Shown here: piece after piece, positions 1-11,085 of the stretch
Position numbering within the stretch: the stretch's first letter is position 1
How the letters are laid out: the number at the start of each line of letters is the position of its first letter
From: Thermoanaerobaculia bacterium
GTDB taxonomy: Bacteria; Acidobacteriota; Thermoanaerobaculia; Multivoradales; UBA5704
Length of the DNA stretch: 37,673 nt
NCBI GenBank assembly: GCA_044226625.1
Contig: JBGAGQ010000064.1
Location: 1 to 37,673 of the forward strand
Direction of reading: 5' to 3'
Translations under genes and position numbers: made by a program
The notes under the pieces: model-generated
Told to the model about the DNA's origin: nothing
What the model saw: only the letters and a program-made list of their open reading frames with translations
Databases searched by the model: none

Positions 1-357
1 GTCGATGCAGTAGCGCGCCCAAGGAACCGCCTCGAGGCGCGGGAGCGCGATGGGGTTGCCGCAGCTCGAGCAACGACCGTAGGTCCCCTCGTCGACGCGC
101 CGCAGCGCTTCCTCGATTTGGAGCAACAGGACGCGCTCGGAGTCGGAGAGAGAGAAGTTCAGCTCCCGGTTGTAGGCGTTGTTCGCCCGGTCGACGATGT
201 CGTCCGTCCCGTCGTCGGCGGCGTCCTGCCCCGCCTGAAGGTCCGCCCGGTAGAGCTTGGTCATCTCGTTCTTCTGATGGAGAAGCCGATCGCGCAAGGG
301 TCCGAACTCGTCGCCGGCCACCTGCGGAGCAGTCTGAGTCTTCTGGGATTTGGGCAC
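1..357 (-). CDS. DksA/TraR family C4 zinc-finger transcription factor (3' end runs off the window)
   Basis: Not in the ORF track; translated by hand from GTG at 357, preceded by AGGAG: MPKSQKTQ...DDIVDRANNAYNRE...GTYGRCSSCGNPIALPRLEAVPWARYCID. It has a DxxDxA coiled-coil tip and YGxCxxC...RLxAxP...C zinc-finger motif. Confidence 0.9.
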   Translation of the reverse strand, partial: MPKSQKTQTAPQVAGDEFGPLRDRLLHQKNEMTKLYRADLQAGQDAADDGTDDIVDRANNAYNRELNFSLSDSERVLLLQIEEALRRVDEGTYGRCSSCGNPIALPRLEAVPWARYCID

Positions 358-381
358 TACCCTCTCCTTTCCAGCCACCCT

Positions 382-864
382 TCAGCCGTTCGAAGGCGCG
401 CGATGATAACCGATTCCGGCCGCAATCGAGAGCCCCCGGTAGAGCTGCTCGTAGAGCACCAGACGGGCGAGCTCATGGGAGAGGGTCATCGGTCCGAAGG
501 CGATCACCTTGCGCGCCGCGTCCAGGACCCCTCGGTCCAGGCCGAGGTCCGAGCCGAGGAGGAACGCCACCGGGTGCGGCCACTCCCTCTTCAAACGCGC
601 CAACTCTTCGGCGAGCGCCTCAGAGGAGAGGACGGATCCGCGCGAGTCGAGCGCCACAATCCAACAGGGATCCGGTAGCGCCGCGAGGAGCGCCTGCCCC
701 TCCGCCCGGCACCGTTGGGGGTCGTCGGCACTCGAGCGGGCCCGAATCGGCAGGTCGCGCACGGGGACCGACCGCTCGATCCTCTTGCGGTAGTCGGCGC
801 ATAGATCTTCCCAGGCCGAGCGCTGGTGTCGGCCCGCCCAGGCGACGATGATCTCGCGCGCCAA
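382..864 (-). CDS. rlmH: 23S rRNA (pseudouridine1915-N3)-methyltransferase RlmH
   Basis: SPOUT-fold motifs LDSRG, FLLGSDLGL, MTLSHELARLVLYEQLYRG and GYHR; TTG start. Confidence 0.93.
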   Translation of the reverse strand: MAREIIVAWAGRHQRSAWEDLCADYRKRIERSVPVRDLPIRARSSADDPQRCRAEGQALLAALPDPCWIVALDSRGSVLSSEALAEELARLKREWPHPVAFLLGSDLGLDRGVLDAARKVIAFGPMTLSHELARLVLYEQLYRGLSIAAGIGYHRAPSNG

Positions 865-914
865 AGGACTCTAGAGGAAGGGGTTAGAGGAGTCCGCCCG
901 GCCGGCGACGGCGC

Positions 915-1493
915 TCAACCGAGCGCCGCGACCTCTTCGCGCTCGCCGACCTCCCGCGTGTGGACCAGGAACTGATTCCACTCGTCGGTGAAAGCGAGAG
1001 AACGCAGATCGCGCATCCGGTCGAGGAAGACGACGCCGTTCAGATGGTCGAACTCGTGCTGGATGATCCGCGCCTCGAAGCCCGCCGCGATGAAATCGGT
1101 AGGCCGCCCGGCCCGGTCGAGCCCGCGCACACGCACCGTCTGGTGGCGTGGGACGAGACCGCGCAAGTCGGGGATCGAGAGGCACCCCTCCCAGTCGTAG
1201 ACCATCTCGTGGGAGGTGGGCGCGACCATGGGGTTGATCACCACCCGGAGGGGGATGTCCGGATAGGCCGGATCGGATCCCTCTTCGTCCACGTGCCGCT
1301 CATAGACGAACAGCTGAAGATCGGCTCCCACCTGCGGCGCCGCGAGCCCGACGCCGGATTCGGCGCGCATGGTCTCCACCATGTCGTCGATCAAATCCTG
1401 GATCTCGCCGCGGCCGACGTGCGCCACGTCCACGGCTTTCGCCGGAACTCGAAGTGCGGGGTGCCCCAGACGGAGGATCGGACGTACGGCCAT
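915..1493 (-). CDS. def: Peptide deformylase
   Basis: All three motifs present: GVGLAAPQ, EGCLS, QHEFDHL. Confidence 0.97.
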   Translation of the reverse strand: MAVRPILRLGHPALRVPAKAVDVAHVGRGEIQDLIDDMVETMRAESGVGLAAPQVGADLQLFVYERHVDEEGSDPAYPDIPLRVVINPMVAPTSHEMVYDWEGCLSIPDLRGLVPRHQTVRVRGLDRAGRPTDFIAAGFEARIIQHEFDHLNGVVFLDRMRDLRSLAFTDEWNQFLVHTREVGEREEVAALG

Positions 1494-1512
1494 AGCGGGT
1501 CTTCTTCCTCGG

Positions 1513-1518
1513 ATTATA
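1513..1518 (-). promoter_or_regulatory. Putative -10 box (TATAAT) for def
   Basis: Perfect TATAAT 20 nt upstream of the def ATG in a GC-rich background; no clear -35. Confidence 0.5.
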
Positions 1519-1583
1519 CGCGCCTACCTATAGGAACATCGGGACCGTCCGACGGATTCCTCCCGCCCACGTTCCGCCCCGAG

Positions 1584-1589
1584 TACAAT
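1584..1589 (+). promoter_or_regulatory. Putative -10 box (TACAAT) for ileS
   Basis: TACAAT ~63 nt upstream of the ileS ATG in the divergent intergenic region; no clear -35. Confidence 0.4.
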
Positions 1590-1652
1590 AAGCGGCTCTT
1601 TTCCGGCCCCTAGAGGGGACCATTACGCGAAAGACAGGCATCTTCAGACGCC

Positions 1653-4946
<3,294 letters not shown>

Positions 4947-4989
4947 GGGCTCCCCGCTCGACGTTACGACGAAAGACCAGGAGCCGAAC

Positions 4990-6345
4990 ATGGCCGGAAT
5001 CTTCAAGGCATACGACGTCCGGGGCACGGTCCCCGATCAATTGAACGAGACGATCGCACGGAAGATCGGCCTCGCCTTCCAACACGTGCTCGACGCGGAC
5101 GATCGCGCGCTCGGCAACACGGTCGTGGTGAGCCGCGACATGCGCTCGCACAGCACGGGGCTCGCCGAGGCGTTGATCGACGGCCTGCTCGCGGCCGGTC
5201 TCGACGTGCTCGACATCGGCCTTGCGACCACGCCGATGAACTACTTCGCGATCGGCCACTTCAAGGCGGCGGGCGGCGTCCAGGTCACGGCGAGCCACAA
5301 CCCGGCGAAATACAACGGCTTCAAGTTCAGCCGCCACGGCGCGTTGCCGGTCTCGGGCGACCACGGGATCGCTCTCATGGAGCGCAAGGTCGCCGAGGGC
5401 GATCTTCCCGAGTCCGCGCAGCGCGGCCAGCGCACGACGGGCGACGTCGCCGAGGCCTACCGGGAGCACGTGCTCTCCTTCCTCCGCCCGGGCGACGGCA
5501 AGAAGCTCAAGGTCGCGGTCGACGCGAGCAACGGCATGGTGGTGATCGAGCGGCCGATCCTCGAAGCGTGCGGCATCGAGATGTTCCCGCTCTACTTCGA
5601 GCTCGACGGCACTTTCCCCAACCACGAGGCGAATCCGCTCAAGGCCGAGAACCTGGTCGACCTGCAGAAGCTGGTGAAGGAGACGGGAGCCGACCTCGGC
5701 ATCTCGTTCGACGGCGACTCGGACCGCGCGGCGTTCATCGACGAGCACGGCGAGGCGATCGGCAGCGACCTTGCGACCGCCCTGGTCGCGGGCGCACTTC
5801 TCGACCGCGAGCCGGGTAAGGCGATCATCTACGACCTCCGTTCGTCGCGCGCGACCGGCGAGTACATCGCCGAGCACGGCGGGGTCCCCGTCCGCGAGCG
5901 GGTCGGCCACTCCTTCATGAAGGCGACGTTGCGCGAACGGAAAGGGATCTTCGGCGGCGAGCTCGCGGGCCACTACTACTTCCGCGACCATTTCTACGCC
6001 GACTGTCCGTTGCTCACGGTGGTCGAGATCTTCAACCTGCTGCGCTCGACCGGCAAGACGATGTCGGAGCTGGTCGCACCGCTCCACCGCTACGCGAAGA
6101 GCCCCGAGATCAACTTCGAGGTGGAAGACAAGGCCGGCATGATCGCCCAGCTCGCCGAGCGCTATAAGGACGCCCAGATCGACTACCTGGACGGCATCAC
6201 GATCTCCTATCCCGATTGGTGGGCGAACGTGCGCCCGAGCAACACGGAGCCGTTTCTCCGCCTCGTGATGGAGGCGAAAACGCCCGAGCAGCTCCAGGAG
6301 AAAGAGCACGAGTTCTTCGCGATCCTCGGAGAACCCGCGGAGTAA
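4990..6345 (+). CDS. Phosphomannomutase/phosphoglucomutase
   Basis: IFKAYDVRG, TASHNP (catalytic Ser), FDGDSDR, GELAGH, RPSNTEP. Confidence 0.95.
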   Translation: MAGIFKAYDVRGTVPDQLNETIARKIGLAFQHVLDADDRALGNTVVVSRDMRSHSTGLAEALIDGLLAAGLDVLDIGLATTPMNYFAIGHFKAAGGVQVTASHNPAKYNGFKFSRHGALPVSGDHGIALMERKVAEGDLPESAQRGQRTTGDVAEAYREHVLSFLRPGDGKKLKVAVDASNGMVVIERPILEACGIEMFPLYFELDGTFPNHEANPLKAENLVDLQKLVKETGADLGISFDGDSDRAAFIDEHGEAIGSDLATALVAGALLDREPGKAIIYDLRSSRATGEYIAEHGGVPVRERVGHSFMKATLRERKGIFGGELAGHYYFRDHFYADCPLLTVVEIFNLLRSTGKTMSELVAPLHRYAKSPEINFEVEDKAGMIAQLAERYKDAQIDYLDGITISYPDWWANVRPSNTEPFLRLVMEAKTPEQLQEKEHEFFAILGEPAE

Positions 6346-6397
6346 GGAGCCCAACAAGATCTGAGGACTTGAGCCGACCGAGGAAGGGGATCGATCG

Positions 6398-7060
6398 ATG
6401 TTCATCGGGCATTTCGCGGTCGGCTTCGCTGCCAAGAGGCAGGCGAAATCGGTCTCCCTCGGCACGCTCTTTCTCGCCGCCCAGTTTCTCGATCTGCTCT
6501 GGCCGACGTTTCTCCTACTCGGCTGGGAGCAGGTTCGGATCGTTCCGGGATTGACGCCGGTCAATCCGTTCGATTTCACCTCCTATCCGTACAGCCACAG
6601 CCTGGTGGCCGCGCTGGGCTGGTCGGTCGGATTCGGCTTGGTCTACTGGCTCGTTCGCCGTCGGCCAACGAGCGCCGTCGTCCTCGGCCTCGTGGTTCTG
6701 AGCCATTGGGTGCTCGACTTCTCCACCCACATCCCTGACCTTCCTCTCACGATCGACGGCTCGACGAGAGTCGGTCTCGGTCTCTGGCGCTCGCTGCCGG
6801 CCACCCTGCTCGTCGAAAGCCTGCTGTTCGCGGGAGGCATCGCGCTCTACGCCCGATCGACGAGGGCGCGTGACCGCATCGGCCGCTTCGCCCTCTGGGG
6901 CCTCGTGGTTTTCCTCTTCGTGTCCTATCTGGCCGCGATGTTCGGCCCGGTTCCCGACGACGGCCGGCCCATCGCCTGGGGAGGGCAATCGGTCTGGCTG
7001 CTCGTCCTTTGGGGATACTGGCTGGATCGGCACCGGGCCTCAAGCGCCGACCGGGGGTGA
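6398..7060 (+). CDS. Membrane-bound metal-dependent hydrolase (YdjM-like)
   Basis: MFIGH, D..W, SHSL and SHWVLD..H motifs plus several hydrophobic segments; purine-rich RBS. Confidence 0.75.
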   Translation: MFIGHFAVGFAAKRQAKSVSLGTLFLAAQFLDLLWPTFLLLGWEQVRIVPGLTPVNPFDFTSYPYSHSLVAALGWSVGFGLVYWLVRRRPTSAVVLGLVVLSHWVLDFSTHIPDLPLTIDGSTRVGLGLWRSLPATLLVESLLFAGGIALYARSTRARDRIGRFALWGLVVFLFVSYLAAMFGPVPDDGRPIAWGGQSVWLLVLWGYWLDRHRASSADRG

Positions 7061-7128
7061 ACCGTCCACCGCCATCCTCGCGGCTCGGGTCGCTCAACAC
7101 CGAGTCGAAAACCGTCGGAAGCGCGTTC

Positions 7129-7758
7129 TCAGTTCCGTGGCGGCTCGCTCAGCGGCCGCCAACTGGCGTTCACCTGGATCTCGGGATTTCTCGGATTGGC
7201 TTTCACGTAGTCGAAGATGGCTTGATATCCCTGCCGTCCACCGGGCGGTATGGGCCCCATACGGATCGTGACGGTTCCTTCGACGGGGACGAGACCCACC
7301 AGGAGCTGGATGTCGGCGAAGCCCTCGGCAGGCGCCTCTCCGAAGTTCATGAATTCGCCAAAGGCCTCCCAGCCTTGCCTGGAAGACGGCTTGAGCGTCT
7401 CGTGCCGCAGGGGCCGAACGTCGACCCTCGGCGTGGGAAAGCTCGACCCCGCTGCCGACGACAGGGAGGAGCGCAAACGGCCCACCTCGTGGGAGAGCTC
7501 CTCGATCCGCAAGCCGGCCGAATCCAACGCCTCGCGATAGGAGAAAGCCTGTGAGCTCGCCTCCTTGAGCTCGATCTTCAGCTCGTCCGCCGATTTTCGG
7601 TGGTACTCGGGCTTGGGGTCGTCCAAGGCTTCCGAGAGAACCGGCTTGGACGACGGACTAAAGGCGTACCAGAGGCTCGCGATCAATACGAGCCCCAGAA
7701 CGCCGGCGACGATCCAAAGGCGTTGATTCGGCTCGGAAGAAACGGAAAATCCAGGCAT
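7129..7758 (-). CDS. Hypothetical membrane-anchored protein
   Basis: N-terminal TM helix (LWIVAGVLGLVLIASLWYAF), heptad-like helical segment, beta-rich C-terminal domain; fills the gap between neighbours. Confidence 0.65.
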   Translation of the reverse strand: MPGFSVSSEPNQRLWIVAGVLGLVLIASLWYAFSPSSKPVLSEALDDPKPEYHRKSADELKIELKEASSQAFSYREALDSAGLRIEELSHEVGRLRSSLSSAAGSSFPTPRVDVRPLRHETLKPSSRQGWEAFGEFMNFGEAPAEGFADIQLLVGLVPVEGTVTIRMGPIPPGGRQGYQAIFDYVKANPRNPEIQVNASWRPLSEPPRN

Positions 7759-7870
7759 CGAGGGTCCTTTCCCGGCGGATCGGGACTCCGCCGCACTCAG
7801 GGCGGAGCGCGCCCGTCCCTCTCCTTGGCGGAGTCCGGGCGGAATCCCTATCGGGAAATCTCCCGAAATT

Positions 7871-8290
7871 TCAGGAGCTTTCCGGTAAGGGTGGGTGAAG
7901 CTTTATGGGCAGATGGCGGGCATAGCCCAGAAAATCGCCGTCCGTAGTGAGGATCGGAAGGCGATAGCGCTCGGCGACCGCGCAGATCAGAAAGTCCGTG
8001 TGAGCGCCCTGAATCCCTCGAGCCCGGCATTGGTTGAAGAATTCAGCGGCCCGGTCGTGTTCCTCGGTCGTAACCGTGAGCATCGGGAACCAGCTCAGGT
8101 GGGCGCGAAGGCCCGCAAACCGAGCGGCATCGCGAATTCCGGAGAGAACTTCCTGCCGGATGGCCCCGAACAGGCAGACCTGCCCCCGTTCGACCAGCGC
8201 CGTGAATTCCATGACCGCTGGATGATCCGAAAGCTTGCTGCGGCGCAATCCGAGCGACCAGACCGTCGAATCGACCAGAACCTGGGTCAC
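7871..8290 (-). CDS. vapC: VapC PIN-domain toxin
   Basis: Start reassigned to GTG at 8290 (GTGA overlap with antitoxin stop). PIN acidic residues in VLVDSTVW, QEVLSG, TDFLI and TTDGDF. Confidence 0.92.
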   Translation of the reverse strand: MTQVLVDSTVWSLGLRRSKLSDHPAVMEFTALVERGQVCLFGAIRQEVLSGIRDAARFAGLRAHLSWFPMLTVTTEEHDRAAEFFNQCRARGIQGAHTDFLICAVAERYRLPILTTDGDFLGYARHLPIKLHPPLPESS

Positions 8291-8484
8291 CGGCTGCGAT
8301 ACTTCTTGGGCTCGTACTCCGGGTAATAGTCGATCGTGCCCAAGAGGTCGAGAATGCCGAGCTGCCGGCGCCTCGCGATGTACTCCTGAAGCGCCTCGTT
8401 CACGGTGGCTCGCTTCGTCCGGTGCCCGCCCAAACGAACCGCTTCTTCGATGAGAGTCTCGTCCAGCTCCAAATTGGTCGCCAC
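8287..8484 (-). CDS. vapB: VapB antitoxin
   Basis: Start reassigned to GTG at 8484 after GGAGG: MATNLELDETLIEEAVRLGGHRTKRATVNEALQEYI..., an RHH-type VapB pattern, coupled to the PIN gene. Confidence 0.9.
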   Translation of the reverse strand: MATNLELDETLIEEAVRLGGHRTKRATVNEALQEYIARRRQLGILDLLGTIDYYPEYEPKKYRSR

Positions 8485-8497
8485 GACCACCCCCCTC

Positions 8498-8525
8498 CAC
8501 ACAATCCTAAGCGAAAACTTGTGCG
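8498..8525 (-). promoter_or_regulatory. Putative vapBC promoter/operator
   Basis: Inverted repeat CACAA-N14-TTGTG (8500-8523) overlapping a TAGGAT -10-like box (8504-8509), just upstream of the vapB RBS. Confidence 0.5.
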
Positions 8526-8589
8526 GATTCTGGCGAATCGGACTCGCACGGGGCTGGATCGACCTCGATCCACGCACTCCCACGGAGGG

Positions 8590-9237
8590 TTACTCCAGTC
8601 GTACGATCGCGTCCCCCGCACCGATGTCGACCTCGATCTTTGCGGTGCCCGTGCCGGTCCAGTTGATCGAGCGCAGGAGCCCGCTGCCTTCGATCTTACC
8701 GCCGCTCACCCACAGCTCCGCTTTGCCGGCGCCGACGTCGAGATGGAGAGGGCCTACCGTCGCCCGGCTCTGGGTGATCGTGATGTCGCCGCTTCCGGAG
8801 TCCGCCTCGACGTCGCTCAACATGCCGGAGACCTTGACCTCGCCGTTGAGCGATTCGACCTCGAGAGGCACCTTCGCCGGAACCTTGAAGCGCGCCTCGA
8901 TCCAGAGCTTCCTCGCGCGCCAGCCAGTCGCCCCCTTCACCCGGACCAGAACCTCGTTCTTGGTCCGCGACCAGGAAAGGCTCACGTTGTCGGTAGCCTT
9001 GCGGCATTGGTCCGCGGTCGTCCCTTCCAGACAACCGAGGTTGATCTCGGCCTGGATGAACGGACCGTCCCATCCTTCGACGATCAGATCTCCCGACTTG
9101 AGCTTGGTCTGTATTCTCGGCGTGGAGCCGACCTGGAACTCTTCGGTGATCTTGCGGACGGGGTCGAGCGCAAAAGCGCGAATGGGCAGGACGGAGAGGG
9201 CGAGCACAGCGAGGGCGAGGGGTCGGGCTTTCTTCAT
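8590..9237 (-). CDS. Secreted DUF4097/adhesin-like beta-strand repeat protein
   Basis: Start reassigned to ATG at 9237 (GAGGAGG RBS; signal peptide MKKARPLALAVLALSVLPIRAFA); repeated SGD/NGE/AGD beta motifs. Confidence 0.7.
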   Translation of the reverse strand: MKKARPLALAVLALSVLPIRAFALDPVRKITEEFQVGSTPRIQTKLKSGDLIVEGWDGPFIQAEINLGCLEGTTADQCRKATDNVSLSWSRTKNEVLVRVKGATGWRARKLWIEARFKVPAKVPLEVESLNGEVKVSGMLSDVEADSGSGDITITQSRATVGPLHLDVGAGKAELWVSGGKIEGSGLLRSINWTGTGTAKIEVDIGAGDAIVRLE

Positions 9238-9302
9238 TCGGTGGTCCTCCTCGCCGCCGATTGTGGCAGACACCCTCCTCCGCCGTCACCCCGAGGCCGC
9301 CG

Positions 9303-10988
9303 CTACTTGGCCATCCCGGGCTGCACGATCTCCCGCTTCGCTTCGTCCTTCGCCTTGCGCACCATGGAGCGCACGTCGGCGAGGAGCTGTTTTGCGTCGT
9401 AGACGATGCCGTCTTTGATCGTGTAGCGAACGCCGCCGATCCGTTCGACCTTGTTGTCTTCCGTCAGGTGGATGGCGCCGGTGCCGTAGAGGACCCCGAG
9501 GTTTTCGATCGGGTTGGCGCCCACCACCACGAGATCCGCGAGCTTTCCGGGTTCGACGCTTCCAACCTGGTCGGCCACGCCGAGCGCCTGGGCACCCCAG
9601 AGGGTCGCGGAGCGGATCACCTCGAGTGGGTGGAACCCCGCCTCGCGCAGCAGCTCCAGCTCGCGAATGTAGTCGAAGCCGTAGAGCTTGTAGATGTATC
9701 CGCTGTCCGAGCCGGTCGTGACGCGCCCGCCCGCGTTCTTGTAGTCGAGCAGGAACGACATCCAGATCCGGTAGTTCTCTTTCCAGGCCACCTCCTGCTC
9801 GGTACCCCAGGCGAACCAGTAGGAGCCATGCGACGTGCGGCTCGGCGAATAGAAGTCCCAGAGCGAGGGAAGCGTGTACTCCTCGTGCCACTCGGCGCGT
9901 CGCGCGCGCATCACGTCGCGGTTCGCCTCGTAGATCGTGAGCGTGGGATCGATCGTGAAGTCGAGTTTCACCAGATCGTCGATCACCTGGTTCCAACGCT
10001 CCGAGCCGCGCGGCGCCGCCTGCTTCCAGAGACGGCCCGCTTCGCCGAAGCGGTCGGCCTCGTTGGCGTAGTTGTAGTCCACCGGGTAGTCCTGGATCGT
10101 CCGATCGACGAACAGCGCCTCGGGCAGCCCATACCAGTGCTCCATCGAGGTGAGGCCCCAGCGGGCCGAGTCGAGGACGTTGACGCGCGAAACGTAGACC
10201 TGGGCGTGGTGGCAGGCCGAGCGCAAGCCGAGCTTCTTCGCCTCGTCGAGCGCGGCGCGCATCAAGTCGGGGCGGGCGCCGAAGAATTTGAGCCCTTCGG
10301 CCCCCTTCTTCGCGACCGAGCGGACCCAGGCGCGCGCCTCGTCCGCCGTGGTGAACGGCTCGTCGCGTCCCTGCCCGAACGTCACGTACGGGTGGATGCG
10401 CGGCGCCACGATCTCGTTCCAGGCGCTCCGGTTCTTTTCCGACAGCACCCAGTCGAGGCCGTTGCCACTGCCCGGATCGCGGATCGTCGTGATCCCATGC
10501 CCCATCCAGAGCTTGTAGACGTACTCGGCCGGCGTGCCCTGCTCCACTCCCCCGATGTGGCCATGCATGTCGACGAACCCGGGCAGGACGTACATGCCGG
10601 ACAGATCCATCTCCTGGTCTCCCGCCTTCGCCTTCGGCCGATTCTCCGGGTCGATCGGTGCGCCCGGGCTGCCGACGATGACCACGTCGGCGATCCGGTT
10701 CTTCTCGATCACGAGGTCGACCGGCCCGACCGGAGGCGCGCCGGTGCCGTCGATCAGCGTGGCGCCGCGGAGGACCAGGCGATCGAACGGCCCCTGGCCT
10801 TCGTCGGCCCGGCGCGGCGGCGCGGGCTGGATCGATTCGTCCTTCTTCGTTGCCGCCGCTTCGGCCTTCGTCTCGGCGGCCGGGGGCGGGGCGGCCGGAG
10901 GCGCGCCGAGGAGAGCCGTCGTGAAGAGAAATCCTGCGGTGGAGACGGCGGAAAACGTCGCGGACGTACGGCGCGAGAAGGTCGGCAT
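9303..10988 (-). CDS. Secreted amidohydrolase-family protein
   Basis: LIDGTG, PGFVDMHGH, HH, EH, GSD and GSVEPGKLADLVVV motifs; N-terminal signal/Pro-Ala linker. Confidence 0.9.
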   Translation of the reverse strand: MPTFSRRTSATFSAVSTAGFLFTTALLGAPPAAPPPAAETKAEAAATKKDESIQPAPPRRADEGQGPFDRLVLRGATLIDGTGAPPVGPVDLVIEKNRIADVVIVGSPGAPIDPENRPKAKAGDQEMDLSGMYVLPGFVDMHGHIGGVEQGTPAEYVYKLWMGHGITTIRDPGSGNGLDWVLSEKNRSAWNEIVAPRIHPYVTFGQGRDEPFTTADEARAWVRSVAKKGAEGLKFFGARPDLMRAALDEAKKLGLRSACHHAQVYVSRVNVLDSARWGLTSMEHWYGLPEALFVDRTIQDYPVDYNYANEADRFGEAGRLWKQAAPRGSERWNQVIDDLVKLDFTIDPTLTIYEANRDVMRARRAEWHEEYTLPSLWDFYSPSRTSHGSYWFAWGTEQEVAWKENYRIWMSFLLDYKNAGGRVTTGSDSGYIYKLYGFDYIRELELLREAGFHPLEVIRSATLWGAQALGVADQVGSVEPGKLADLVVVGANPIENLGVLYGTGAIHLTEDNKVERIGGVRYTIKDGIVYDAKQLLADVRSMVRKAKDEAKREIVQPGMAK

Positions 10989-11085
10989 CGGATCGCTCCC
11001 GGGGATTGGCGGCGAGATCCTACACCCCGCGGCCGGCCGTTCGCGGCTGACTCGAGCAGACGAGCCCCTCCCGGCAAATTGCCGT

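Noticed and set aside
118-678. 186-aa plus-strand ORF
   Set aside because: Shadow of the minus-strand rlmH and DksA/TraR genes.
1494-1652. T-box riboswitch upstream of ileS
   Set aside because: The region is short, shared with a divergent promoter, and lacks a T-box consensus or terminator.
8291-8583. Long N-terminal extensions of vapC (to 8500) and vapB (to 8583) in the ORF track
   Set aside because: RBS position, the GTGA coupling and family length favour starts at 8290 and 8484.
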